Positions 29,555-39,500 of a stretch of 64,000 bases of DNA are shown in pieces (positions within the stretch are counted from its first letter, which is position 1; each line of letters begins with the position of its first letter). A program made the position numbers and the translations under genes. The notes beneath the pieces are model-generated. The model had not been told where the DNA came from and did no database searches. It was given only the letters and a program-made list of their open reading frames with translations. Origin of the DNA: Thermodesulfobacteriota bacterium. GTDB taxonomy: Bacteria > Desulfobacterota > Desulfobacteria > Desulfobacterales > SURF-7. The stretch is taken from NCBI GenBank assembly GCA_049320885.1, contig JBMORA010000063.1, positions 32,001 to 96,000 of the forward strand, written 5' to 3'.

Positions 29555-31408
29555 TTTGCGACCATGCTCATAGTCTGTTTCAGTCCATTCCCACACGTTC
29601 CCGGCCATGTCATAGCAGCCAGATAAGCTTGTGCCATTAGGATAGCGAGTTACGCGTGTAGTCTGTCCGATACCCGATTCAGCAGTGTTGCACTTTTCCG
29701 GATCGAATTCATTCCCCCAGGGATAGGTCCGCCCGTCATTCCCCCTGGCCGCCCGCTCCCATTCGATTTCGGTGCTCAGGCGCTTTCCTTCCCATTTGGC
29801 AAAGGCGTCGGCTTCGTAAAAGCACACGCCCACCACCGGGTGGCCGTCCTTGTTCCATTTTTCATCGTTCCAGTATCGCGGCTCAGTGATATTGTTTTTC
29901 TTCCGCCATTCAAGTCCTTCGGGAGACCAGAAATCGTCCTTTGAATACCCCCCGGCCTGCAGAAACTTGCGGTACCGGTCGTTGGTGACCGGGTATATAT
30001 CGATCTGGAAGGACGTTTCGATGGTTTCTTTTTTCCTGTTTTCGCCATAGAGGAAATCCCCCGCCGGCACCAGGGCCGTTTCTTCATAGTGCCGGACCGG
30101 TTTCACCGTCTGTTCCGCCAGCCCCTCCGGCGACTCGACCATCCCGCTCAGGGTGATCAATTGTGCCACCTCCTCGGGCTTGCCGGAAAATGTGCTTACT
30201 ATTTTCACCAGTTCCCGCACCCGCAGATAGTTTTTCAGTGTTTGGGGGACCTCCTGGAGATCATCTTCGGAAAGGCCCCGGACATCATCGGACTCGAACT
30301 GGGGCGACAGCTTATTGATCCATTCTTTCAATACAAACAGGTTGTTGGGATTATCCTGGATATCCTGATAAAAATCCGGAAACACATATTCAAAAACACA
30401 CATGCTCAATATGGAGGAAAATTCGATGGACATCCCTTTGCTGGCAATGATCCCGGCCAGCAGGTTCAGGTTGTTCAGGAAGCGCTTAATTTGCCGTGGG
30501 TTTTTCTGCAAGGCCGGGGCCAGGAGGGGCATATAGTCCAGAATTTCCTTCTTGTTGCGCAGCTTGAACCGTTCCTGGCCCACCCAATCCTTCAGGTCGT
30601 CGGCAGGTATCGGCCGCAACTTGAAAGCCACCTGCACGATCTTGTCCATGAAACGGGCCGCTTCTTTCCCGCCGTATTTTTCCTCCAGGGCCTTTATGAT
30701 GATTTCATCCGCAGCCCCCAGCACAAAGGCGCAGCATTTCTTGTCCAGGAACAGCTTGACGGTTTCCAGCACCTTGACGATTTTGTCCGGCGGGCAGCGG
30801 TCCAGATCGTCGATGAAGATCACCAGGGCGCCCTTCCGGTCGTCCGGCTCTTCCCAACTCTTCCATTTCGGCCGCCACCGCAGGTAGTCCCATATCAAGG
30901 CGTCGAAAAAATTCTGGAACGTTTCGAAAAAACCGAGTTTTTTTCTGTATTCGAGCTCGGCGAAAAACGCGGTCACATCCAGGCCGGCAAATCCCGTCAG
31001 CTTGCCGACAGCAGCCCGAACCTGATGGGTCTTGACCAGTTCCTCGACCCTAGCCTTGCAGCTGTCCAGGAACGAGTCGCGCTTCATGGTCCGGAAAATC
31101 TCCTCGATCAGGGCCGCCAGGATCGCGTCCTCGTCGGCATGCTTCCAGGCCTGGAACCAGACGGTCTTGGTGGCGCGGCGGTGGACCTCGTCCGCGGCGG
31201 CCCCGGTATCGAGCAGGCGTTTGATTTCCCTCATCAGGGTGGTCTTGCCCGAGCCCCATGAGCCGTATACGCCGATGACAAAGGGCGTCTGATTGTCTTT
31301 GTCGGCGATCAGGTCGGCGATGGTCCGGGCATAGGCATCGAACCCGAACATAATGGTTTCTGTTTCCGGATTATCGCTGAGAATTTCGACGCGTTTGCTA
31401 TCCGTCAT
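29432..31408 (-). CDS. KAP family P-loop NTPase fused to a C-terminal FGE-sulfatase/C-type lectin domain; probable DGR target gene
   Basis: GVYGSWGSGKTT, WFQAWKH, LVIFIDDLDRC, FMDKIVQ, NPRQIKRFLN (KAP); HPVVGV, RLSTEIEWERAARG, YDMAGNVWEW, VLRGGSW..GFRC (FGE); GGAAGGAG RBS. Confidence 0.92.
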   Translation of the reverse strand: MTDSKRVEILSDNPETETIMFGFDAYARTIADLIADKDNQTPFVIGVYGSWGSGKTTLMREIKRLLDTGAAADEVHRRATKTVWFQAWKHADEDAILAALIEEIFRTMKRDSFLDSCKARVEELVKTHQVRAAVGKLTGFAGLDVTAFFAELEYRKKLGFFETFQNFFDALIWDYLRWRPKWKSWEEPDDRKGALVIFIDDLDRCPPDKIVKVLETVKLFLDKKCCAFVLGAADEIIIKALEEKYGGKEAARFMDKIVQVAFKLRPIPADDLKDWVGQERFKLRNKKEILDYMPLLAPALQKNPRQIKRFLNNLNLLAGIIASKGMSIEFSSILSMCVFEYVFPDFYQDIQDNPNNLFVLKEWINKLSPQFESDDVRGLSEDDLQEVPQTLKNYLRVRELVKIVSTFSGKPEEVAQLITLSGMVESPEGLAEQTVKPVRHYEETALVPAGDFLYGENRKKETIETSFQIDIYPVTNDRYRKFLQAGGYSKDDFWSPEGLEWRKKNNITEPRYWNDEKWNKDGHPVVGVCFYEADAFAKWEGKRLSTEIEWERAARGNDGRTYPWGNEFDPEKCNTAESGIGQTTRVTRYPNGTSLSGCYDMAGNVWEWTETDYEHGRKVLRGGSWDSRQDIARCANRLRLNPENRNILVGFRCVRMER

Positions 31409-31673
31409 ACGTCTCCTTCCGGAGTTGCCGTGGTCAAGGCAAACCAACTGTTATTCATCACCAAGACGGACAGGTGGAATCATCCGCCGGACCCGGAAAA
31501 CCGTGCCGGACGGCGCCGGTTTCGCAACCAATGGATTGTTGACGACGATAGTAAATGCCGGCCGGTTTGTCAATCCGGAGGGATAGCACCTTCAGGGGAA
31601 TCGCATGTAAATTTAGATCCCGCCTTTCGGTCTTTTCACCACGCCATAGGCAGGATTTTTCTTTTCGTGTTTC

Positions 31674-31762
31674 ATCTGCGTAAATCTGCGTCATCTGCGG
31701 ATAGTCCGTTTTTTTTATCAACCGATTTTTGCTATCCGCAGATTACGCCGATTGACGCAGAT
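31674..31762. repeat. 31-bp inverted repeat pair built from ~9-10-nt ACGCAGAT units (REP-like)
   Basis: ATCTGCGTAAATCTGCGTCATCTGCGGATAG (31674-31704) versus CTATCCGCAGATTACGCCGATTGACGCAGAT (31732-31762): 28 of 31 complementary. Confidence 0.75.
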
Positions 31763-31971
31763 TATGCAGAAGGCAAAACAGGTGCTCCTTCATCCCTGCT
31801 GGACACAGAGCCGAAGGAAAAAGCAAAAAGAAAACGGGTTGGTTGTACAATCTCGGTCCTCAGGATTCGTCTCTCAAAGAAAGGTTCCGGATTGACACCC
31901 CGGCTCCGGCGGCATATGGTCGTTCCGTTTGAAACATTCGTTGCGATACGCCAGGGAAAGGGTTCTCCGGA

Positions 31972-32841
31972 ATGATGTGGTTTCTGCTGTCCATGCTCAC
32001 GGCCGTCACGGTGGCGACTCAGGATGCCTGGCTGAAAAAGCATTTTTCCGCTTTTTCCACCTATGAGATGTCGGCCTTTCCCCTGGTTTTCAGTTTTCCG
32101 ATGTTTTTTACGGCCCTGGCCTTTGTTGCCGCGCCGCCCCTGGACGCCGCGTTCTGGTGGAGCTTTCTGGCGGGCCTGCCGATCAACGCCTTGGGTTTCG
32201 TGTTGCACATCAAGGCCATCCAGGTTTCGCCCCTGTCCCTGACCCTGCCGTATCTGTCCTTCACCCCGACCTTCATGATCGTCACCGGCCTGGTTTTCCT
32301 GGGGGAAATGCCCGATGCCTGGGGAATCGCCGGGATTCTGACGACCTGCGCCGGCAGTTACGTGCTCAACCTGGACACGGAGCGCTGGTCGCCGCTTGCG
32401 CCGCTGCGGGCGGTTTTCAGGGAAACCGGCTCCTGGATCATGCTGATCGTGGCTTTCCTCTATAGCTTCTCATCCGTGCTGGGCAAACTGGCGATCCTGC
32501 ACTCGTCGCCCATGTTCTTTGCGTTTCTGTTTTTCTGCGTCACGGATCTGCTGGTAGTTGGTGCGTTTTTCCTGCTCGGCCGGATCCGGCCCGTTGTCTT
32601 CGCCCGGCACTGGCGCAAGGGGCTGATCGCCGGAGCCGTTTATTTCCTGCATATCCTCTTTCACAACTGCGCCATCGCCCTCACCAAGGCCGCCTACATG
32701 ATCGCCGTGAAACGGACGAGCGTCTTTTTCGGGGTCGTCTTCGGCGGTCTGCTGTTTCAGGAAACCCGCCTGCGCATGCGCCTCTCCGGCACGCTCCTCA
32801 TGTTCGGCGGCTCCCTGCTGATCCTGCTGAAGGCGCGCTAA
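31972..32841 (+). CDS. EamA/DMT family transporter
   Basis: About 10 TM segments; SPLSLTLPYLSFTP..VFLGE and YMIAVKRTS..LFQE; TTGACA-N17-TATGGT upstream at 31892-31920. Confidence 0.88.
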   Translation: MMWFLLSMLTAVTVATQDAWLKKHFSAFSTYEMSAFPLVFSFPMFFTALAFVAAPPLDAAFWWSFLAGLPINALGFVLHIKAIQVSPLSLTLPYLSFTPTFMIVTGLVFLGEMPDAWGIAGILTTCAGSYVLNLDTERWSPLAPLRAVFRETGSWIMLIVAFLYSFSSVLGKLAILHSSPMFFAFLFFCVTDLLVVGAFFLLGRIRPVVFARHWRKGLIAGAVYFLHILFHNCAIALTKAAYMIAVKRTSVFFGVVFGGLLFQETRLRMRLSGTLLMFGGSLLILLKAR

Positions 32842-32947
32842 CCTCTTCAGGCCGTCTTACCGGTTTCAGGCCGCGTTTCCTTCGTCTCCTTCTCGATGAC
32901 GATCGCCAATGCCTCCGGATTCGTCCATTCACCGGGAACCGGTGGGG

Positions 32948-33000
32948 TTGACATTTTTCGGCCGGCAGCCTAATATGGACTAAGTCACAATGACTAAGTT
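32948..33000 (+). promoter_or_regulatory. Sigma-70 promoter and tandem operator of the toxin-antitoxin operon
   Basis: TTGACA(32948)-N17-TAATAT(32971), then palindromic GACTAAGTC (32978) and a second copy GACTAAGTT (32992). Confidence 0.7.
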
Positions 33001-33021
33001 ATTTGACATCCGGAGGTTGTT

Positions 33022-33243
33022 ATGATCGTGAACATACATGAAGCCAAAACCCATTTTTCAAAATTGGTGGCCAAATTCCAGCAGGGCGAGAAGATCGTTA
33101 TTGCCAAAAACGGCAAACCCGTTCTTCAGTTTGCGCCGGTGGAGGAACAGAAAAAACAATCGCGATCCCTGGGCTTTTTCAATTGCCGTATTGATATGGC
33201 CGCATTCGATGACCCCTTGGAGGGGCTTGAGGAATACGAATGA
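33022..33243 (+). CDS. Type II TA Phd/YefM family antitoxin
   Basis: VNIHEAKTHFSKLV...GEKIVIAKNGKPV. Confidence 0.92.
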   Translation: MIVNIHEAKTHFSKLVAKFQQGEKIVIAKNGKPVLQFAPVEEQKKQSRSLGFFNCRIDMAAFDDPLEGLEEYE

Positions 33244-33638
33244 ATTATCTGATCGACACCCATGCCCTGATATTCTTTGGCTGCGGCGATGAGCATCAAA
33301 TCGGCAAAAAAGCGTTACAAATTTTCAAAAACCCGAAATCGAAGCTTTTTGTCTGTCAAATATCCTACTGGGAGATGGCGATCAAAATCAATGTGGGAAA
33401 GCTAACCATTCCCATAGGGTTGAAAAATCTCATGCTGCTGACCCGGGATGCCGGAATCGAACTGGTGCCGGTAGCCAACCAGCACATCCTCCATTATCAA
33501 TCGCTTCCGGTGATGGAATCCCACAAGGATCCCTTTGATCGATATCTCATTGCAGCCGCCTTGAGCGAAAAAATGAAAATCCTTTCCAGGGACCGAATTT
33601 TTGACGGTTATCCCGGAGTCGTCCGGATCTGGGAATGA
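33240..33638 (+). CDS. vapC: Type II TA VapC (PIN domain) toxin
   Basis: YLIDTHALI, SYWEMAIK, HKDPFDRYLIAAA, LSRD; ATGA overlap with the antitoxin. Confidence 0.92.
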   Translation: MNYLIDTHALIFFGCGDEHQIGKKALQIFKNPKSKLFVCQISYWEMAIKINVGKLTIPIGLKNLMLLTRDAGIELVPVANQHILHYQSLPVMESHKDPFDRYLIAAALSEKMKILSRDRIFDGYPGVVRIWE

Positions 33639-33785
33639 CGGGAGCCGTCGTTTCAATCGGTCTTTCCAAAATATGGTTGCCATCAAACCGGATTTTGGAG
33701 TATTGGGTATCCAGCATCGTGTTTTTCCACACCCATACCCCAAACCTCTGACCACAGCTGTTGGACGCTGCAGAAAGGAGCCGGC

Positions 33786-33977
33786 ATGAAAGCGATCGTC
33801 ACCAAACAATGCATGGGAGACCGGAATTGCAACAATCTTTGCCCCGACGTGTTCGAATACGACGAGGACGAACTCAAATCCATTGTAAAATTTGACGTGA
33901 TTCCGGAAAAATACGAGGAACTCGTCCGCCGGGCGGCCAGGGAATGCGGCGCCGAGGCCATCGAAATCGTGGAGTAA
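33786..33977 (+). CDS. Single-cluster ferredoxin
   Basis: CMGDRNCNNLCPDVF...AARECGAEAI (CxxDxxC...C); AAGGAG RBS. Confidence 0.9.
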   Translation: MKAIVTKQCMGDRNCNNLCPDVFEYDEDELKSIVKFDVIPEKYEELVRRAARECGAEAIEIVE

Positions 33978-34006
33978 ACAACCGCCCGACGAAGGGGAGG
34001 TTCGCT

Positions 34007-34582
34007 TTGGGAAAATTCAAGGAAAGCCGGACCGCACACAACCTGTTGACATCATTCGCCTTTGAATCCCAGGCCAACATGCGCTACCGCTTTTTCGCCG
34101 GCCAGGCGGAAACGGACGGGTACATGCAGATCGCCCATATCTTCCGGGAAACCGCCGAGCAGGAATATGAGCATGCCCTGCGGTTTTTTAAATTTTTCAA
34201 CGGCGGCGAACTGGAGATCTCCGCCCGTTTCCCCACCGGCGTAATCCGGGGGACCCGGGACAATCTTCTGTCCTCCGCGGATCTGGAACGCCGGGTGGGC
34301 ACGGAACTGTATCCGGAATTCGCTGCCGTGGCGCGGGAGGAGCACTTCGAGCGGGCCGCGGAATTATGGGACGCCATCACCATCGCGGAACGGCATCATG
34401 AAAAAAGCTTCCTGCAACTGGCCGACAATCTCCTCACCGGCCGGATCTTCCAGCGGGAGCAGGCCGTGGTCTGGCGCTGCCGAAACTGTGGATTTCTGCA
34501 CCGCGGCCCGCAAGCCCCGGATAAATGCCCCGCCTGTGTCAGACCGGCGGGCTATTTCGAGCTGCTGGCGGAAAACTGGTGA
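34007..34582 (+). CDS. rbr: Rubrerythrin
   Basis: TTG start after GGGAGG; ESQA..RY, EQEYEHA, AERHHE and a C-terminal CRNCG..CPAC rubredoxin-like site. Confidence 0.9.
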   Translation: MGKFKESRTAHNLLTSFAFESQANMRYRFFAGQAETDGYMQIAHIFRETAEQEYEHALRFFKFFNGGELEISARFPTGVIRGTRDNLLSSADLERRVGTELYPEFAAVAREEHFERAAELWDAITIAERHHEKSFLQLADNLLTGRIFQREQAVVWRCRNCGFLHRGPQAPDKCPACVRPAGYFELLAENW

Positions 34583-34597
34583 CCAGCGGAAGCGGCG

Positions 34598-36502
34598 ATG
34601 AATCCATTCTTCAACACGTCTCAAGCGCCCGGGGCCGACGTCATGGACTGGCGGCGGATTTTTCAGGCCGTCGGCCACGCCATGCTGATCCTGGATCCCC
34701 AATTCCGGATCCTCGCGGCCAATCAGGCCGCCGTCGACTCCCTGGGATACCCCGAGACGGACTTGCACCTCCGGAAATGCCATACGGTGTTTCACGGTTT
34801 GGAATCGCCGCCGGCAAACTGCCCCATGGTTTCCCTGCTGAAAACCGGAAAATTCGAAACCGCGCAAATGGAAGTCGAGGCCCTGGACGGCGTTTACCTG
34901 GTTTCCTGCACCCCTGTCCTGGATCAACGGGGAGCCGTGTCCGAAATCGTCCATACCGCCACGGACATCAGCGGCCGTAAGGCCGCCGAGGCAGCGCTTG
35001 CCGAGCGGGAAAAATTGTACCGGTCCTATTTCGAGGATGCCCTTTCGGGGGATTACATCTCGACGCCGGAAGGCACCCTCATCGACTGCAATCCGGCATT
35101 TGTGGAAATGTTCGGTTTTCCCTCCCGGGAGGCCGCCATGACCACGGACATGCGCCGGATTTATGATTCCCCGGTGGATCGCACCGCCTTTATCGACCAG
35201 CTGACAAAAGAAAAAAAACTGGTGCGCAAGGAATTGTCCATGAAACGCCTGAACGGCGAACGCATCCACGTGCTGGAAAACGTCGTCGGGACGTTCGACG
35301 AAAAGGGCGAACTCCTGCGCTTCAAGGGCTATCTCATCGACATCTCCGACCAGAAGAAACTGGAGGCCCAGCTCCGGCAGGCGGCCAAAATGGAGGCTAT
35401 CGGCACCTTGGCCGGTGGGATAGCTCATGATTTCAACAATATGCTGATGGCGATCCAGGGCAATGCCTCCCTGGCCCTGGCGGACAGCGACCGGTCGTCC
35501 GAAGTCCACGCCAGGATCGAGAACATCATCCAGTGCGTGAGGGACGCCAGTCAGTTGACCATGAAACTGCTGGGCTTTGCCCGGGGCGGCAAATACGATG
35601 TGACGGCCACGGACATGAACCAGCTGATTCTCAAAACCTATGAAACCTTCGGCCGCACCAAGAAAGACATCCGCTTTTTCCGGCAGCTGGAAAACCCGAT
35701 CTGGACCGTGGAGGTGGACCGGGTTCAGATCGAACAGGTCCTGCTGAACCTGTATGTCAACGCGTGGCAGGCCATGCCCGGCGGCGGCAGCCTGTACATC
35801 CACAGCCAGAACATGGTTCTCCAGGAAGACCTCACCGCGCCGTACAACGCCGAACCGGGACGATACGTGAAAGTATCCGTGACCGACACCGGCGTCGGCA
35901 TGGAGCCCGCGGTGCTGGAGCGGGTTTTCGAGCCGTTCTTCACCACCAAGGAGATCGGCCGGGGCACAGGTCTGGGCCTTGCCTCGGCCTACGGCATCGT
36001 TCAGAACCACAAGGGCTTCATCATGGTGAAAAGTGAGCTGGGCGTGGGCTCCACCTTCACGATTTTCCTGCCGGCCTCGAAAAAAAAAGCGGCGCCGGCC
36101 GCCTCCGCCGATCACCATCCCCATGCAAGGGGCAGCGAAACCATCCTGCTGGTGGATGACGAGGCCGTCAACATCGATGTGACCCGCCGGATCCTGGAAA
36201 AACTGGGCTATCACCCCCTGTGGGCCGATAACGGCTTCGCGGCCCTGGACATCTACCGGCAAAACAAAGCCGGCATCGATCTGGTGATCCTCGACCTGAT
36301 CATGCCGGACATGAGCGGCGCCGAAACCTACGACCGCCTGAAAGAGATCAATCCGCGGGTGAAGGTGCTGCTCTCCAGCGGGTACAGCATTGACGGAACC
36401 GCGGCCGCGATGCTGTCCCAAGGCTGCAAGGGTTTCATCCAGAAACCCTTTACCGTTGAAAAACTCTCCCAAAAAATCCGTCGGATTCTCGATACCGGAT
36501 AG
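34598..36502 (+). CDS. PAS-PAS hybrid sensor histidine kinase/response regulator
   Basis: Two PAS domains, LAGGIAHDFNN, FFTTK..GTGLGL, C-terminal REC (LVDDE..LDLIMP..KPF). Confidence 0.92.
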   Translation: MNPFFNTSQAPGADVMDWRRIFQAVGHAMLILDPQFRILAANQAAVDSLGYPETDLHLRKCHTVFHGLESPPANCPMVSLLKTGKFETAQMEVEALDGVYLVSCTPVLDQRGAVSEIVHTATDISGRKAAEAALAEREKLYRSYFEDALSGDYISTPEGTLIDCNPAFVEMFGFPSREAAMTTDMRRIYDSPVDRTAFIDQLTKEKKLVRKELSMKRLNGERIHVLENVVGTFDEKGELLRFKGYLIDISDQKKLEAQLRQAAKMEAIGTLAGGIAHDFNNMLMAIQGNASLALADSDRSSEVHARIENIIQCVRDASQLTMKLLGFARGGKYDVTATDMNQLILKTYETFGRTKKDIRFFRQLENPIWTVEVDRVQIEQVLLNLYVNAWQAMPGGGSLYIHSQNMVLQEDLTAPYNAEPGRYVKVSVTDTGVGMEPAVLERVFEPFFTTKEIGRGTGLGLASAYGIVQNHKGFIMVKSELGVGSTFTIFLPASKKKAAPAASADHHPHARGSETILLVDDEAVNIDVTRRILEKLGYHPLWADNGFAALDIYRQNKAGIDLVILDLIMPDMSGAETYDRLKEINPRVKVLLSSGYSIDGTAAAMLSQGCKGFIQKPFTVEKLSQKIRRILDTG

Positions 36503-36518
36503 AGATTGCCAGGATGTC

Positions 36519-39500
36519 ATGGAAATCGCAGCCCCTCTCTCCCTGTTTCATCCGCTGGTGGCGGAATGGTTCGGCGGCGCCATGGGATCGCCCAGCGACA
36601 TCCAGGCCAGAGCCTGGCCGGAAATCGCCGCCGGCAAGCATGTGCTGGCCACGGCGCCCACCGGCAGCGGCAAAACCCTGACCGCTTTCTTGTGGGCCAT
36701 CAACCAGCTCGTCACCCGAAACTGGCCCGCCGGGCGGATCCGGGTATTGTATATCTCGCCCCTGAAAGCCCTGAACAACGATGTCCGCGAAAACCTCACC
36801 CGGCCCCTGGCCCAATTGCACCGCCATTTTCATGCGGCCGGCCAACCCCTGCCGGTCATCCGGGTCCAGACCCGCAGCGGCGATACGCCCCGGGAAGAAC
36901 GCCGCAACATGCTGCGGCATCCGCCGGAAATTCTCATCACCACGCCGGAAAGCCTGAACCTGCTCATCAGTTCCGGGACTGGACGCCGCCTGTTCACCGG
37001 TCTCAAATGCGTCATCCTGGATGAAATCCATGCCGTGGTCGCCGCCAAGCGGGGGGTTCACCTGATGACCGCCGTGGAACGCCTGGTGCTGCTTTCCGGC
37101 GAGTTTCAGCGCATCGCCCTTTCCGCCACCGTGCGCCCGCCGGCCGCGGTCGCCCGGTTCATCGGCGGCTTTCGTCTGGAAGGCGAAGCGGCCGATCCGC
37201 TCTATGTAGCCAGACCGGTTACCATCCTGCAATCCGAAGACCGCAAACGCCTGGAACTGTCCGTGCGGTTTCCCGAACCACCGGCCCTGGAACCGGAGGA
37301 CCGGTCCGTCTGGCCGGCGCTCACGGAACAGTTCCGGCGCCTCATCCGCCGGAACCGTTCCACCCTGTTCTTCACCAACAGCCGGCGGCTGGCGGAAAAA
37401 ATCGCCCGTCTGATCAATGAAACCGAGCCGGAACCCCTGGCCTATTCCCACCACGGCTCGCTTTCCCGGGAAATCCGTCTCGCCGTGGAGCAGAAGATGA
37501 AAAACGGCGACTTGCGCGCCATCGTCGCCACCAGTTCGCTGGAACTCGGCATCGACATCGGCTCCCTGGACGAAGTGGCCCTGATCCAGACCCCCGTTTC
37601 CGTTTCCTCCGCGGTCCAGCGCATCGGCCGTTCCGGACATCGGGTGAACGCGGCCAGCCGGGGCATCCTGTTCCCCACCCACGGAATGGATTTTCTGCGT
37701 GCCGCCGTCATGGCCCGCGCTGTCGCGGATTTGGAAATCGAATCCGTATCACCGCCGGAAGCCCCCCTGGATGTACTGGCCCAGGTGGTCCTTGCCATGT
37801 GCGCCATGGAAACCTGGGATATCGACGCCCTGTTCGCCTTTATCCGGACCTGTGCCCCTTATCACCGGCTTTCCCGCCGCGCCTTCGATCTGGTCCTGGA
37901 GATGCTGGCCGGCCGGTATGCCGACACCCGCATCCGTGAGTTGAGACCCCGGATCTTCCTCGACCGGGTGGACAACACGGCGGCAGCCGGTCGCGGCAGC
38001 CTCGGCCTGGTGTATCTGGCCGGCGGCACCATTCCGGACCGGGGGCATTTCGGTCTGCGGCTTGGCCGGGAAAAAAGCAAAATCGGCGAACTGGATGAAG
38101 AATTCGTCTGGGAACGACGGCCGGGCGACACCTTTGCCCTGGGAACCCAGACCTGGCGCATCCTGCGCATCACCGAAAACGAGGTGGAAGTCGAGCCCGC
38201 GGAAAGCCGTCCCGGCATCATCCCCTTCTGGCGGGCCGAGGACCGCAACCGGGATTTTCATTTTTCGGAAAAAATCGGCCGTTTTCTGGAAGACATCGAG
38301 GAAGGGGATGCGCTGGCGGACGAAACATTGGAACAGCGGCTGAAGGACAAGTACTTCATGACTCCGCCGGCGGCCGCCGGACTGGTCGCTTTTCTCAAAG
38401 CCCAGCGGGAAGCCACCCGCGCGCCCCTGCCCCACCGTCATCACCTCCTCGTGGAGCATTTCGCCGATCCCCTGAACCGCGCCGACAAAAAGCAGGTGAT
38501 TCTGCATACCCTGTGGGGCGGCCGCATCAACCGGCCTTTTGCCGCCGCGCTTTCAGCGGCCTGGGAGCGGCGCAACGGCGGCCGCCTGGAAGTCTTCGCC
38601 AACGATGACGCCATCCTGGTCATGCTGCCCCATGAGTTCGACCTCCGCGCCCTGATGCGGGACCTGCACAGCGGCAACCTGGAAAGCCTGCTGCGGGAAA
38701 ACCTGGAATCCAGCGGGCTGTTCGGATCATGCTTCCGGGAAAACGCCGGACGGGCGCTGCTCCTGCCCAAAACCTCCTTTCACAAACGCATGCCCCTGTG
38801 GCTCAACCGCCTGCGGGCCAAAAAACTGCTGGACGCGGTGATGAAAACCGGCGATTTCCCCCTGCTGCTGGAAACCTGGCGGACCTGTCTCCAGGACGTA
38901 TTCGACCTGCCCGGCCTGAAAATGCTGTTGGACGAACTCACCGAAGGCCGCATCGCCTTGGGCGAAACCGTCACCACCGCGGCCTCGCCTTTTGCCGCCG
39001 GTTTGATCTGGCAGCAGACCAACATGTATATGTATAAGGACGACGCGCCCGAATTTTCCCGGAAATCGTCCCTGGAGGATGATCTGATCCGGGAAGTCGC
39101 CACGGCCGCTTTCCTTCGCCCGCGCATTCCTTCCTCGCTGATCCAGGCCCTGGAACGAAAGCTGCAGCGCACCGCCCCCGGCTATTCACCGGCCAGCGCC
39201 GTGGAACTGCTGGACTGGGTCCGGGAACGGGGGCTGATTCCGGAAGACGAGTGGCTGGTGCTGCTGGCGGCCATGGAGCGGGATCATGGCCTCTCCTCCC
39301 CTGAGCTGATGGGCGGGATCGGCCATAAACTGATGCGGATGAAGGCTCCCGGCTCCAGCCTGTCCGTCATCGGCGCCCTGGAAAACCTGCCGCGGCTCCG
39401 GCGGATCCTCTCCGCCGCCCACCGGGAGCCGACGGTCGCCGCCCTGGCAACGGCGGCCGGGGAAAGCCGGGGATTTCTGCGGGAGAAGCCGGAGGCGCTC

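Noticed and set aside
31674..31762. Possible mini-CRISPR array
   Set aside because: Only two copies, inverted rather than direct, and no cas genes.
31430..31975. ORFs of 181 and 87 aa spanning the ACGCAGAT repeats
   Set aside because: Their YPQITPIDADYA / YPQMTQIYAD segments are translations of the DNA repeat; no other coding signal.
34364..36520. 718-aa minus-strand ORF
   Set aside because: Antisense to a clear hybrid histidine kinase; expected in GC-rich coding DNA.
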